Positions 1 to 9,264 of a DNA stretch of 64,000 nucleotides are shown here, one piece after another. Position 1 is the stretch's first letter. Each line of letters starts with the position of its first letter. Below the pieces are notes generated by a model, which made no database searches, had not been told where the DNA came from, and saw nothing but the letters and a program-made list of their open reading frames with translations. Source of the DNA: Candidatus Eiseniibacteriota bacterium (GTDB lineage Bacteria; Eisenbacteria; RBG-16-71-46; CAIMUX01; VGJL01); NCBI GenBank assembly GCA_041946735.1, contig JBHGAY010000014.1, positions 32,001 to 96,000 on the forward strand, given 5' to 3'. The position numbers and the translations under genes are program-made.

Positions 1-1572
1 GCGGCCGCGGCCGTCGCATCTGATTCAGCGTCGAGCCGGACGGCGAAGCTTCTCCGGCGGGACCGGCTGCCGTGGATCCTCTTCGCGATCGCTCTCGCAG
101 AACGGCTCGCGTCGCTCCTTGGAAGCGCGGACCGAGGTTGGCCCTTTCCGATCTTCTATGAAGGGGACGCGGAGGTCTTCCACCGCTTCGCCGAGGCGAT
201 CCTCACGGGCCAGCCATTCGACAACGGCATCCCGTTCCATCCGCCTCTCTTCCCTCTGCTGCTCGCCGGGCTTCGCGGAATCGTCGGCCTCTCCGCGCCT
301 GCCGGCCCGATCCGAGGAATCCTCGCCGTCACGAGCGCCGCCATCCCGCCGATGCTCTACCTTCTGATGCGCGAGCCGTTCGGCCGCGCCGCCGCGCTCG
401 CCGCCGGACTGCTCGCCGCCTTCTCCTTCGGCCTCGACGTCCTGGGATCGGCGGCCACGAGCGAGGGGCTCTACCTTCTCCTCCTGTTCGGGATCCTCCT
501 CGCCATCCGCGCACCGGCCGGGCCGCCGAACGGCGGTCGCTCGACGTGGATCCGCGCGGCGGCGATCGGCGTGGGCGCCGGGCTCCTCGCCCTGACCCGC
601 GCCGAGGGAATCGTCCTCGGGTCCGCGCTCGCGGCGCTCTGGATCCTCTCGCCGGTGGAGGCCCGGCGTCCGGCCGATGCACCGGCGCGCCGGCTCGGCC
701 GGCTGGCGATCACGCTCGCCTTGATCGCGTTCGCCGCCGCCGCCATCACGCTGGCTCCCTGGACGATCCGCAACGCCCGCAGCCTCCATGCGTGGAACGA
801 GACGACGGGGCGCTCGATCGGGGTGCGCCTGCCGACCTTCGTGCCGGTCACCTCCTACGGTCCCCTGAACTTCGCGCTCGCGAACAACGGCCTCGCGACC
901 GGCGGCTTTCAGCGCAAGGCGCTGAGCGAGGGGAGCAGCGCGCCGGTGCTCGACCTGGCGATCCCGCAGCATCGCCACTACTTCCTTCACGGCACGGCGG
1001 AGGGATTGTCGTGGATCGCGCGGCATCCGGGGGACTACGCCGCCCTCGCGCTGCGCAAGCTCGGCATCGCCACGCGAGCGCTCGACCTTGGCTGGACGCC
1101 GTGGAATCTGCCCATGGGCAGAAGCGGCACCCGCCCGCCGGTCGACCTCTTCCGCCCGGACTCCTCCTGGCTCCGGTGGCTGCAGCTCTTGCTCGCCGGC
1201 GCCGGGATCGCTCTCGCGCTGCGCGCCCGCCCGCGTCGCACGCGGGCGATCCTCTCCCTGCTGCTTCCGGTCGCCTCCGTCCTGCTCGCGACCCTCCTCT
1301 TCTTCGGCTATGTCCGGCAAGGGATGCTGGCGGCGCCGTTTCTCTTCGCCTTCGAAGGGATCGCGATCGCCTCGGCCGCGTCGCGCCTCCCCACCCGCGT
1401 GCGCTCTTTCTTCCACCGCAGGACGGCGCAGGCCGCGCTGCTCGTCCTCTGCCTCGCCCTTCTGACCGCCGCCGCCCTGCAGAACCGCAACTACGTGGCG
1501 ACGGGCGAGACGGACCGTCCCGGAGGGATGCTGCTGCGCGACGCGCCGATCCATCTGGCTCCCGCTCGTTGA
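1..1572 (+). CDS. GT-C fold (ArnT/PMT-like) membrane glycosyltransferase, 5'-partial
   Basis: Frame is open from base 1 (…WILFAIALAERL…FYEGDAEVF…PFHPPLFP…). It has many TM segments and SEGLY, LTRAE and LAPWTIRN motifs typical of ArnT/PMT_2-like proteins. Confidence 0.7.
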   Translation, partial: AAAAVASDSASSRTAKLLRRDRLPWILFAIALAERLASLLGSADRGWPFPIFYEGDAEVFHRFAEAILTGQPFDNGIPFHPPLFPLLLAGLRGIVGLSAPAGPIRGILAVTSAAIPPMLYLLMREPFGRAAALAAGLLAAFSFGLDVLGSAATSEGLYLLLLFGILLAIRAPAGPPNGGRSTWIRAAAIGVGAGLLALTRAEGIVLGSALAALWILSPVEARRPADAPARRLGRLAITLALIAFAAAAITLAPWTIRNARSLHAWNETTGRSIGVRLPTFVPVTSYGPLNFALANNGLATGGFQRKALSEGSSAPVLDLAIPQHRHYFLHGTAEGLSWIARHPGDYAALALRKLGIATRALDLGWTPWNLPMGRSGTRPPVDLFRPDSSWLRWLQLLLAGAGIALALRARPRRTRAILSLLLPVASVLLATLLFFGYVRQGMLAAPFLFAFEGIAIASAASRLPTRVRSFFHRRTAQAALLVLCLALLTAAALQNRNYVATGETDRPGGMLLRDAPIHLAPAR

Positions 1573-1676
1573 GGCCGAAGCCGGCGCCGGTCGTTGCGGC
1601 AGGCGGCGTCTGCCAACAGGGGCGGCATCGCACGCGCCTCAGCGGGAGCTGCGGCAGGGCACGCGCCGCCCAGGCA

Positions 1677-3980
1677 TCAGGGCCGGATCGAGTTCGCCGG
1701 CGCCTCGCGGCCGGCCAGCACCGCGTCGAGGTGCTCCAGATACCCCTCGATCTTCGGATCGGCGGGATGGGAGGCGGCGACGGCCCGGGCGGCGAGCTCG
1801 CGCGCCGCCCGGATCTCCTCCTGCGCAGCGGCCCTCTCCAGCGGAGGCGAGGCCTCCGCGACGCGCGCTTCGCGAGCCGCCGCGAGGGCGTGGAGCACCG
1901 GCGCCTCTCCGCTGGACCGTGACGCGGCGGCGTCGAGGAGCCGGATCGCGACGTCCCAGCGGCGGAGGTAGGCTGCGGCGATCCCGGCGTAGTAGAGCGT
2001 CTGAACGTCCGTCTGACGCTTGCCCGCCTGCTGGAAGGCGGTGAGCGCCTCTTCGTACAGCCCGCTCTCGAGCGCGGCATAGCCGTAGCTGCTCCAGATT
2101 CCCGGATCGTCGGGGGTCATCGGAGCGGCGCGGCGCAGCAGCGGCAGCGCGCCGGCGTAGTCCTTCCGGTCGAACGCGAGGCGCGCCTTCATCTGCATCG
2201 CGAGCCAGCTGTCCGGATCGATGTCGAGCGCCGCGTCGTACTCGCGCTCCGCGTCGTCCCGGCGGCCCATCAGGTACAGCAGCCCGCCGAGCAGGACGCG
2301 GGTGCGCGCGTTGCGCGGATTGATCCGGACCGTCTCTTCGTAGAGCGGCAACGCCTTCTGGTAGTCGCCGCGATCCCGGTAGTACTTGCCCAGCTCCTCG
2401 GCGGCGTACGCGCGCGGCGCCGGGGCAAAGTCCGCTCGCATCTCGTCGAAGCGCGCCAGCGACGCGTCGCGCGACGCGTTGACGGCGAACCACGGCCATG
2501 CGAGCAGCAGCGCGACCGAAACCGCAGCGACGCGAAGGCTGGGCAGCGCGATCCGCGGCGCGCGCGCCGGCCCCACCGGCGCCCGCCCGGCCGGCGCCGG
2601 CTGCGTCGCCACCTCCTCCTCCCACAGGCGGGCCGCGATCCAGGCGAGGCCCACCGCGTGCGGGACGAGGAGGTCCCAGTCGCGCGCCATCCCGAGCTTG
2701 CGGTCGAGCAGCGCGAACGCGAGCAGGAACGCCACCGTGTGGATCCACAGGAACGGGAGGTCCGCGCGGGCCTCCCGAGGAGTGGCCCTCCGGCCGCGCG
2801 CCATCCGCGGAAGAATCCCGAGGACGATCAGGCTCCCCGTCACCGGCGTGACGAGCAGCAGCCAGTTCGCGAGGTCCTTCACGTGAAGGAGCGAGAGGAA
2901 TCCGTGAGGTCCGGTGAGCGGCACGAGGAGCTTTTGCTGGTTGCTCGACTTCAGGAACTCGGTCTCGAACCAGGCGCCGTCATAGCCGGCCGCGAGGTGC
3001 GCGGCGACCGCCACCAGCGGAACGGCGACCGCCGGGACGATCACCTGCGCAAGCCACTTGCCCCGCGGCGCGCGCTCCGGGCCCGGACGCAGCGCAAGCC
3101 ACAGGAGCGCCGGCGCCGCGACCAACGCGATCGTGTGGAAGAAGAGCGCCAGCCCGAAGAACAGCCCCGGCAGCCACGCGGGCGCCCGCCCCCGCTGCGC
3201 CATCGCCCCGCTCCAGAGGAAGCCGAGCAGAGCCACCGTCACGAAGCCGTAGGACTCGACGTAGCCGCAGAAGAGAAGCGTCGAGGGCGCGGCGAGCCAG
3301 ATCGCGAACAGGACGGTCCGCGTGGCGGCCGGCATCGGGCTGCCGCGCAGCAGACGCAGGGCGAGGAAGATCGCGAGGAGCCCCGCGAGCCAGCTTCCGA
3401 TCGCGTAGAGCCGGAAGGAGAGCGCCGGATCGTTCCCGTCCGCGACCGCCCCATAGACGAGCCGGTGGAGCAGGTAGTCCATCGCGTCGTGACCCCGGAA
3501 CTCCGCTCCCCTCGCAACCAGTTCGCCGACGAGGACTCCATCCCCGAGCAGATGCGTCGCCGCCCGTAGCAGGACGAACAGACCGAGACCGGCAAGCGGC
3601 GCCACGACGAGCGGGAGAGGCGAGCGGCCGAAGAGCCAGGACGAGAGGCTGCGCCTCTCTCCGAACAGGACGGCGTCGAGCCGGGAGGCGACCGGCGCGA
3701 GGAGCAGGGTCCCCCAGGCCAGGATCGAGATCGCCCACGCCCATGCCGGCAGATAGCCGGTCAGGTGAACTCCCCAGGCGAGGGTGGGAGAGAGGAATCG
3801 GCCGAGAATCGGTAGCAGCCCCAAGCCGAGCAGGACGAAGACGGCGGTTTGCGCTCGGCGCTGCGCGAGCGCCTCCGCTTCGCCGCGCAGCCCGCTGGCG
3901 TCGTCGGGCGGGCGGTCTGCCGTCGCGGGCGCGCCGCCCCTCCCCTGTCGTCCCGCCATCGCCGTCCTCCCCCGGTCCAT
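1677..3980 (-). CDS. Multi-TM (GT-C-like) membrane protein with C-terminal TPR repeats
   Basis: About 12 hydrophobic segments with LLGDG, YVESY and RDWDL loops, followed by TPR repeats (e.g. AEELGKYYRDRGDYQKALPLYEETVRINP). The start may be 3959. Confidence 0.7.
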   Translation of the reverse strand: MDRGRTAMAGRQGRGGAPATADRPPDDASGLRGEAEALAQRRAQTAVFVLLGLGLLPILGRFLSPTLAWGVHLTGYLPAWAWAISILAWGTLLLAPVASRLDAVLFGERRSLSSWLFGRSPLPLVVAPLAGLGLFVLLRAATHLLGDGVLVGELVARGAEFRGHDAMDYLLHRLVYGAVADGNDPALSFRLYAIGSWLAGLLAIFLALRLLRGSPMPAATRTVLFAIWLAAPSTLLFCGYVESYGFVTVALLGFLWSGAMAQRGRAPAWLPGLFFGLALFFHTIALVAAPALLWLALRPGPERAPRGKWLAQVIVPAVAVPLVAVAAHLAAGYDGAWFETEFLKSSNQQKLLVPLTGPHGFLSLLHVKDLANWLLLVTPVTGSLIVLGILPRMARGRRATPREARADLPFLWIHTVAFLLAFALLDRKLGMARDWDLLVPHAVGLAWIAARLWEEEVATQPAPAGRAPVGPARAPRIALPSLRVAAVSVALLLAWPWFAVNASRDASLARFDEMRADFAPAPRAYAAEELGKYYRDRGDYQKALPLYEETVRINPRNARTRVLLGGLLYLMGRRDDAEREYDAALDIDPDSWLAMQMKARLAFDRKDYAGALPLLRRAAPMTPDDPGIWSSYGYAALESGLYEEALTAFQQAGKRQTDVQTLYYAGIAAAYLRRWDVAIRLLDAAASRSSGEAPVLHALAAAREARVAEASPPLERAAAQEEIRAARELAARAVAASHPADPKIEGYLEHLDAVLAGREAPANSIRP

Positions 3981-4079
3981 CCCTCAGCGCCCGTCCGCAC
4001 CCCGGGCAGCCGCCTCCGCCTCGCTCCCCGCCCTCTGCAGCAGCTCGAGACGAGCCGGCCGGCTCAGATCATCGGCGCT

Positions 4080-4679
4080 TCAGACCGATCCGGGGAAGAT
4101 CCACTTCGCGCGCTCGACGAGCGCTCGCTCGAACCACCGGATGTACTGGCGCTCCCCCTCCTCGCGGCGCCGGATCGCCTCCCGCGCCGTCCGGTAGAAG
4201 GCCCAGGGGCTCTCGGGGCGCAATCCGCCCCGCGGCGTGAGATACGCCTCCGGAATTCGCAGATAGACCGGGGCCGCGTCGACCAGCACCTGATCGCGAG
4301 CCAGCGAGAAGAGGTCGCAGCTTCGCTCCCCCATCGGGACCAGGCCGCGCGCCTGCAGCAGATGCACGAGTTCGTGGGAGATCGTCTGGTAGCAGAGCCC
4401 CCGAGGATTCAGCCAGATCCTCGGCTCCTCCAGGCTCGCGTAGCCGTCGGCCCCGCGGGCGATGCCGATGCGCAGTCCTGTCTCGTGCAGCTCGGGGAAG
4501 AAACGCAGCGCGAAATCGACCATTCGGACGATGCGCCGCCTCGACCGATGGGCCTGCAAGGGGCGCGAGAGGGTATGCGCATTCGTCGACGACCGCGGAT
4601 GGTCCCAGACGAGCGCGAGATCGAGCTGGCTCGGCGGAGGAGGCCCGATCCTCTGTGCTGCGTTACGCTTGGCTCGCAT
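4080..4679 (-). CDS. Hypothetical protein with HExxH motif (putative zinc metallopeptidase-like)
   Basis: ATG at 4679 (MRAKRN…). Contains TISHELVH followed by GERSCD. Coding-like composition. Confidence 0.55.
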   Translation of the reverse strand: MRAKRNAAQRIGPPPPSQLDLALVWDHPRSSTNAHTLSRPLQAHRSRRRIVRMVDFALRFFPELHETGLRIGIARGADGYASLEEPRIWLNPRGLCYQTISHELVHLLQARGLVPMGERSCDLFSLARDQVLVDAAPVYLRIPEAYLTPRGGLRPESPWAFYRTAREAIRRREEGERQYIRWFERALVERAKWIFPGSV

Positions 4680-4878
4680 GCGGACAGTGTACCCGATGGC
4701 TGGCTCCCCTCGCGCGGGGGTCGGCTCCCCGCCCTCCGTGACCGTTCCTTCACCGGATCTGCCTCGGCAAGCCAAAGCCGGACCAGGAACCAGGCTGTGC
4801 GTCCCGGAATCATAAGAAGACTGGTAGGTTGGCACCGGATGGCATAAGTTTTCCGAGGAGTTGGGAAGGGGGGTGGGG

Positions 4879-6774
4879 ATGGCGATCGGTCGACCGAAGA
4901 CAGCGGAAGCTCCGCAGCAAGTGCGAACTCCCGAAGAGATCGAACGGGAGTGGTTCGACAAGGTCTATACGGGTGCCGGCGATTCCATGGCGCAGCTCAC
5001 GCTGCGCGCGGTCCTGATGGGATCGGTCCTCGGCGGCGTTCTCTCGCTCACGAACCTCTACATCGGGCTGAAGGCGGGCTGGGGCTTCGGCGTCGCGATC
5101 ACCGCCTGCATCCTCTCCTACGCGATCTGGACGACCCTTCACAAGGCGCGCATCGTCCGCACGCCGATGACGATCCTCGAGAACAACTGCATGCAGTCGA
5201 CGGCCAGCTCCGCCGGCTACTCGACCGGCGGGACGCTCGTGTCGGCGTTCGCCGCCTTCATCCTCCTCAACAACCGGACGATGCCGGTCGGCTTGATGAT
5301 GGGGTGGGTCTTCTTCCTGGCGATCCTCGGCGTGACGATGGCCATCCCGATGAAGCGGCAGATGATCAACATCGAGCAGCTTCGCTTCCCTAGCGGGATC
5401 GCGGCGGCGGAGACGCTGCGCGCGCTGCACTCGACCGGATCGTCCGGGATGCGCTCGGCCCGCGCGCTTGCCTGGGCAGGCCTGTTCGGTCTCGTCAGCA
5501 AGTTCTGGACGGAGGGACTCGTTCGCATCCACGCGTCGCTCGAGCCGCTCCAGATCGGCACCTGGGTCGGCGCGATGAACGACAAGCTCTTCGGTCCGCG
5601 CTGGACCGGCCGAACCGTGATGTTCTCCTGGGAGCCGATGTTCATCGCCGCCGGGGCGATCACCGGGATGCGGGTCTGTGCGAGCATGCTTCTCGGTGGC
5701 GTCCTCTGCTGGATGGTCTTCATCCCGATCCTGCAGGGGCAGGGGATCGTGACCGGGAGCGGCTATCGCGACCTGGTCCAGTGGTCGCTCTGGGGAGGGA
5801 CCGCCTGCATGGTCACCTCCGGCATCCTCTCCTTCGCCCTGCAGTGGAGGAGCGCGGTCCGCGCCTTCAGCTCCATCGGAAGGATGTTCGCCGGCGGCTC
5901 CCGCAAGAGCGCCGCCGATCCGATGGAAGCAATCGAGACCCCCGGGTCCTGGTTCGTGATCGGGCAGCTCGTCGGCTTCGCGGGGTTGGCGTGGCTCGGC
6001 CACGTCACCTTCGGCATGCCGATCTGGGAGACGGCGCTCGCGGTCCTGCTCTCCTTCGCGCTCGCTCTCGTCGCCTGCCGCGTGACCGGGGAGACGGACA
6101 CGACGCCGGTCGGCGCGATGGGAAAGATCACGCAGCTGACCTTCGGCGCCGTGCATCCCGGCAACGTGAACGTCAACCTGATGAGCGCGAACATCACCGC
6201 GGCGTGCGCCGGCGGCTCCGCGGACCTGCTCACCGACCTGAAGAGCGGGTACCTGCTCGGGGCCAACCCCCGTAAGCAGTTCCTCGCGCAGTTCGCGGGG
6301 ATCTTCATCGGGACGCTGATCCCGGTGCTCGTCTTCAACATCCTCGTCCCGAACTCGAGCGTGCTCGGCGGCGATCAGTTCCCGGCGCCTGCGGCCCAGA
6401 CCTGGAGAGCGGTCGCCGAAGCGTTGAGCAAGGGGCTGCGGGCGCTCGGTCCGGTCAAGACATGGTCGATCGTGATCGGAGGGCTGGTCGGAATCGCCCT
6501 CCCGCTGCTCTCGCGCGCCTTCCCGTCCAAGGCGAAGTACATCCCGTCGGCGGCCGGGGTCGGTCTTGCCTGGACCTTCCACTGGTACTACAGCCTTCTC
6601 TTCTTCCTCGGCGCCGTCATCGGCTGGGCGTTCGAGAAGAAGTATCCGAAGGAGTCGGCCGAGTTCACCTTCCCCGTCGCTTCGGGGGTGATCGCCGGGG
6701 AGAGCCTCATGGGGGTCGCTCTGGTGATCTGGCAGAACGGGCCGGAGATGATCCGCAAGATCCTCGGCTTCTGA
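4879..6774 (+). CDS. OPT family oligopeptide transporter (YSL-like)
   Basis: QLTLRAVL, NLYIGLKAGW, LENNCMQSTAS, LRFPSGIAAAETL, DLLTDLKSG and FPAPAAQTW motifs; multi-TM. Confidence 0.92.
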   Translation: MAIGRPKTAEAPQQVRTPEEIEREWFDKVYTGAGDSMAQLTLRAVLMGSVLGGVLSLTNLYIGLKAGWGFGVAITACILSYAIWTTLHKARIVRTPMTILENNCMQSTASSAGYSTGGTLVSAFAAFILLNNRTMPVGLMMGWVFFLAILGVTMAIPMKRQMINIEQLRFPSGIAAAETLRALHSTGSSGMRSARALAWAGLFGLVSKFWTEGLVRIHASLEPLQIGTWVGAMNDKLFGPRWTGRTVMFSWEPMFIAAGAITGMRVCASMLLGGVLCWMVFIPILQGQGIVTGSGYRDLVQWSLWGGTACMVTSGILSFALQWRSAVRAFSSIGRMFAGGSRKSAADPMEAIETPGSWFVIGQLVGFAGLAWLGHVTFGMPIWETALAVLLSFALALVACRVTGETDTTPVGAMGKITQLTFGAVHPGNVNVNLMSANITAACAGGSADLLTDLKSGYLLGANPRKQFLAQFAGIFIGTLIPVLVFNILVPNSSVLGGDQFPAPAAQTWRAVAEALSKGLRALGPVKTWSIVIGGLVGIALPLLSRAFPSKAKYIPSAAGVGLAWTFHWYYSLLFFLGAVIGWAFEKKYPKESAEFTFPVASGVIAGESLMGVALVIWQNGPEMIRKILGF

Positions 6775-6990
6775 CGCAGCTCGTCGTTCCGGCGACGGCC
6801 GGATGGTCAGGACGGTCAGGACGGCCGGCGCGGTCGGCCCGCGTGAAGGATCGAGCGGAATCTGCGTCTCGCCTGCAGCTTCTTCTTGCGCCGGCGCGAT
6901 CCGGGATCGAGGATCGCGCCGGTCCGCTTCGGGACCGGCATTCCAATGGGTGGAATCGACGGCCTGGCAAGGCCTGGGAGGTGAGGAGCG

Positions 6991-7086
6991 ATGGTTTGCG
7001 GAAAGAAGACGGCGACGGCGGCAGCGAAGAAGGCGACGAAGACCACGAAGAAGGCGGCTCCGAAGAAGGCCGCGAAGAAGAAGTAG
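6991..7086 (+). CDS. Histone H1-like Lys/Ala-rich microprotein (31 aa)
   Basis: MVCGKKTATAAAKKATKTTKKAAPKKAAKKK* follows a strong RBS (GGAGGTGA-GGAG, 6977-6988). All Lys codons are AAG. A GC hairpin follows at 7100-7126. It is below the ORF-track cutoff. Confidence 0.7.
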   Translation: MVCGKKTATAAAKKATKTTKKAAPKKAAKKK

Positions 7087-7210
7087 CCGCGCCGGGAGCG
7101 GGGCGCGGGTCCGCTGGCCGCGCCCCGGCCCTTCGCCCCATGCGTCTCCCCTCCTGCCTTGCCCCCCCGAACCCGCCTGGGGTATCCTCCGTTCGTCCCG
7201 AGAAGAAACG

Positions 7211-8248
7211 ATGATCAGCACCCACCCACCGATCCTGCGGATTTCCCGGATCCATCAGCTCGTGCAGGCCCGGCGCTATCCGAACGTGACGTACCTGGCG
7301 CGGCAGCTCGAGGTGTCCCGGCGTACGGTGCAGCGCGACATCGAGTTCCTGCGGGACCAGCTGAAGGCCCCGATCGCCTTCAATCCGATCCAGAACGGCT
7401 TCGAGTACACAGAGGAAGGGTTCTCCCTTCCGGAGGTCCAGATGACGGAGGGAGAGGTGCTGGCCCTGATGGTCGCCGACAAGGCTCTGTCGGCGTATCA
7501 GGGAACAGCCTGCGAGGACCTGCTGCGGCAGCTTCTCGGCAAGGCGACGCTGGCCCTCGGGGAGAAGCTCACCATTTCTCCGGAAGAGGTCTCCCAGGCC
7601 TACTCCTTCCAGCACAGCTCGGCCCCCTCCCGCGTCGACGCGAAGGTCTTCGCGACGCTCGAGGCCGCGATCCGCGATCGCGAGACGGTGGAGATCGTCT
7701 ACTACACGCAGAGCCGCAGGCAGACATCCAAGCGCAGGATCGACCCCTATCATCTGGCCAACGTCGACGGGGATTGGTATCTCCTCGCGTTCTGCCACCT
7801 CCATCAGGAAGTCCGGACGTTCAAGCCGGCGCGCGTTCGCGCCGCCGAAAAGACCGGACTCTACTTCGTCCCCTCCCCCTTCGATCCGGCCGAGTTCCTG
7901 CGAACGAAGCTCCAGGCGATCGGCGGGGACAGGATCTTCGAGACGGTCGTCCGCTTCGAGCCGGCGCTCGCGGGTCACATCCTCGAACGGGACTGGGGCG
8001 AAGGGTATCGCGCACAGACGACGACCAACGGCGGCGTCGAGCTCTCGTTCCGCAGCGAAAACGCCGACGCGGTCATTCGCTGGTGCTTGAGCTGGGGTCC
8101 GGGAGCGGAAGTCGTCTCCCCCGCCTGGGTGCGACGGCGCGCCCGTGAGATCCTCCGCCGCATCGGCCGCGCTTACGAGAGCGCGGCGCGACCGGTCCGC
8201 TCGGCCGCCAGGAGGCGGCGCCCCCCGTCCCGCCCTCCATCCGCATAG
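7211..8248 (+). CDS. WYL-domain transcriptional regulator (wHTH-WYL-WCX, PafC/YafY-like)
   Basis: HTH (LARQLEVSRRTVQRDIEFLRD), WYL (RRIDPYHL…WYLLAFCH…RTFKPAR) and WCX (WCLSWGPGAEVVSP). Confidence 0.92.
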   Translation: MISTHPPILRISRIHQLVQARRYPNVTYLARQLEVSRRTVQRDIEFLRDQLKAPIAFNPIQNGFEYTEEGFSLPEVQMTEGEVLALMVADKALSAYQGTACEDLLRQLLGKATLALGEKLTISPEEVSQAYSFQHSSAPSRVDAKVFATLEAAIRDRETVEIVYYTQSRRQTSKRRIDPYHLANVDGDWYLLAFCHLHQEVRTFKPARVRAAEKTGLYFVPSPFDPAEFLRTKLQAIGGDRIFETVVRFEPALAGHILERDWGEGYRAQTTTNGGVELSFRSENADAVIRWCLSWGPGAEVVSPAWVRRRAREILRRIGRAYESAARPVRSAARRRRPPSRPPSA

Positions 8249-8409
8249 CCGCAAGCGCGAATCCCCCGGTACGAACGCGGCGCCGCGCGACCACATGAGC
8301 GAACGGCGGCGGCGCGCGTCTTGAAGAGAACGCCAACGATCTTGTCGAGGATGGACGTGGGGTGCGGATCGACTCCGGCCGAAACGACCGTCTGGAAGGA
8401 GAAGGAGAG

Positions 8410-8967
8410 ATGATCAACGCGACACAGCTGAGAGTCGGCAACGTCGTCAACTACAACGGCGAGCCGCACCGCATCACGAAGCTGCTGCACATCACGCCGG
8501 GGAACTGGCGCGGCATGGTGCAGGCGCAGATGGTGAACCTGCGCAACGGCAACCGCTACGAGTACCGATACCGCTCCGACGAGAAGGTCGAGGTGCTCTC
8601 GCTCGAGGCGCACCCCCTGAAGTTCCTCTACCGCCAGGGGGACGATTTCCACTTCATGAACAACGAGACCTACGAGCTGATGAGTCTCGACGCCGAGACG
8701 CTGGGAGACACGGTGAACTACATCGTCGAGGACAGCGAGGTGGAGGCTCTCTACTACGAGGGGCGCCCGGTGTCGATCGAGATCCCGAACTTCATCGTCC
8801 TGAAGGTCACCGAGACCGAGCCGTCCCTGAAGGGAGCGACGGTGAGCGCTTCGCCGAAGCGCGCCGTGCTCGAGACGGGGCTCGAGGTGAAGGTCCCGCA
8901 GTTCATCGACGAGGGGGACCGGGTGCGGATCGACACGCGCGACGCGACGTTCGTGGAGCGCGTCTAG
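8410..8967 (+). CDS. efp: Elongation factor P
   Basis: RBS GAAGGAG then ATG 8410. Motifs QLRVG, FLYRQGDDFHFMNNETYE, TEPSLKGATVS, ETGLEVKVPQFIDEGDRVRIDTR. Loop is TPGNWRG. Confidence 0.97.
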   Translation: MINATQLRVGNVVNYNGEPHRITKLLHITPGNWRGMVQAQMVNLRNGNRYEYRYRSDEKVEVLSLEAHPLKFLYRQGDDFHFMNNETYELMSLDAETLGDTVNYIVEDSEVEALYYEGRPVSIEIPNFIVLKVTETEPSLKGATVSASPKRAVLETGLEVKVPQFIDEGDRVRIDTRDATFVERV

Positions 8968-9264
8968 CCTCGACTGCCACGGTCGATGCGCCCATTGCCG
9001 GCGGCGGGAGCGCCAGTATCCCGCGCCGGCCCCCCGCGACCTGCACGACCTTCGGTGGCGCCACATTCGGGCGAGATTCCCCGCTCGGCGACCGCGCGCG
9101 CGGTCCTTTTCCCCACCCCTCGCAGAGCGCTGCCCGCTAAAGGACGTTTCGCGCTCCGTCGATCCCTCCGCTGACGCCCGTGAACCGGCGAACGGAAGCC
9201 TTTCCGCGACCTTTCGACGTCCGAAAGAAGCGGAGGCAGCGCCGTCCGATCCTCGGAGGGACCG

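Noticed and set aside
4830..4845. Sigma-54 promoter-like TGGCAC…GC upstream of the OPT gene
   Set aside because: GG-to-GC spacing is one base short of the strict -24/-12 requirement.
7211..8248. WYL regulator as marker of a defence island
   Set aside because: Neighbours are an OPT transporter and efp; no defence effectors are recognisable.
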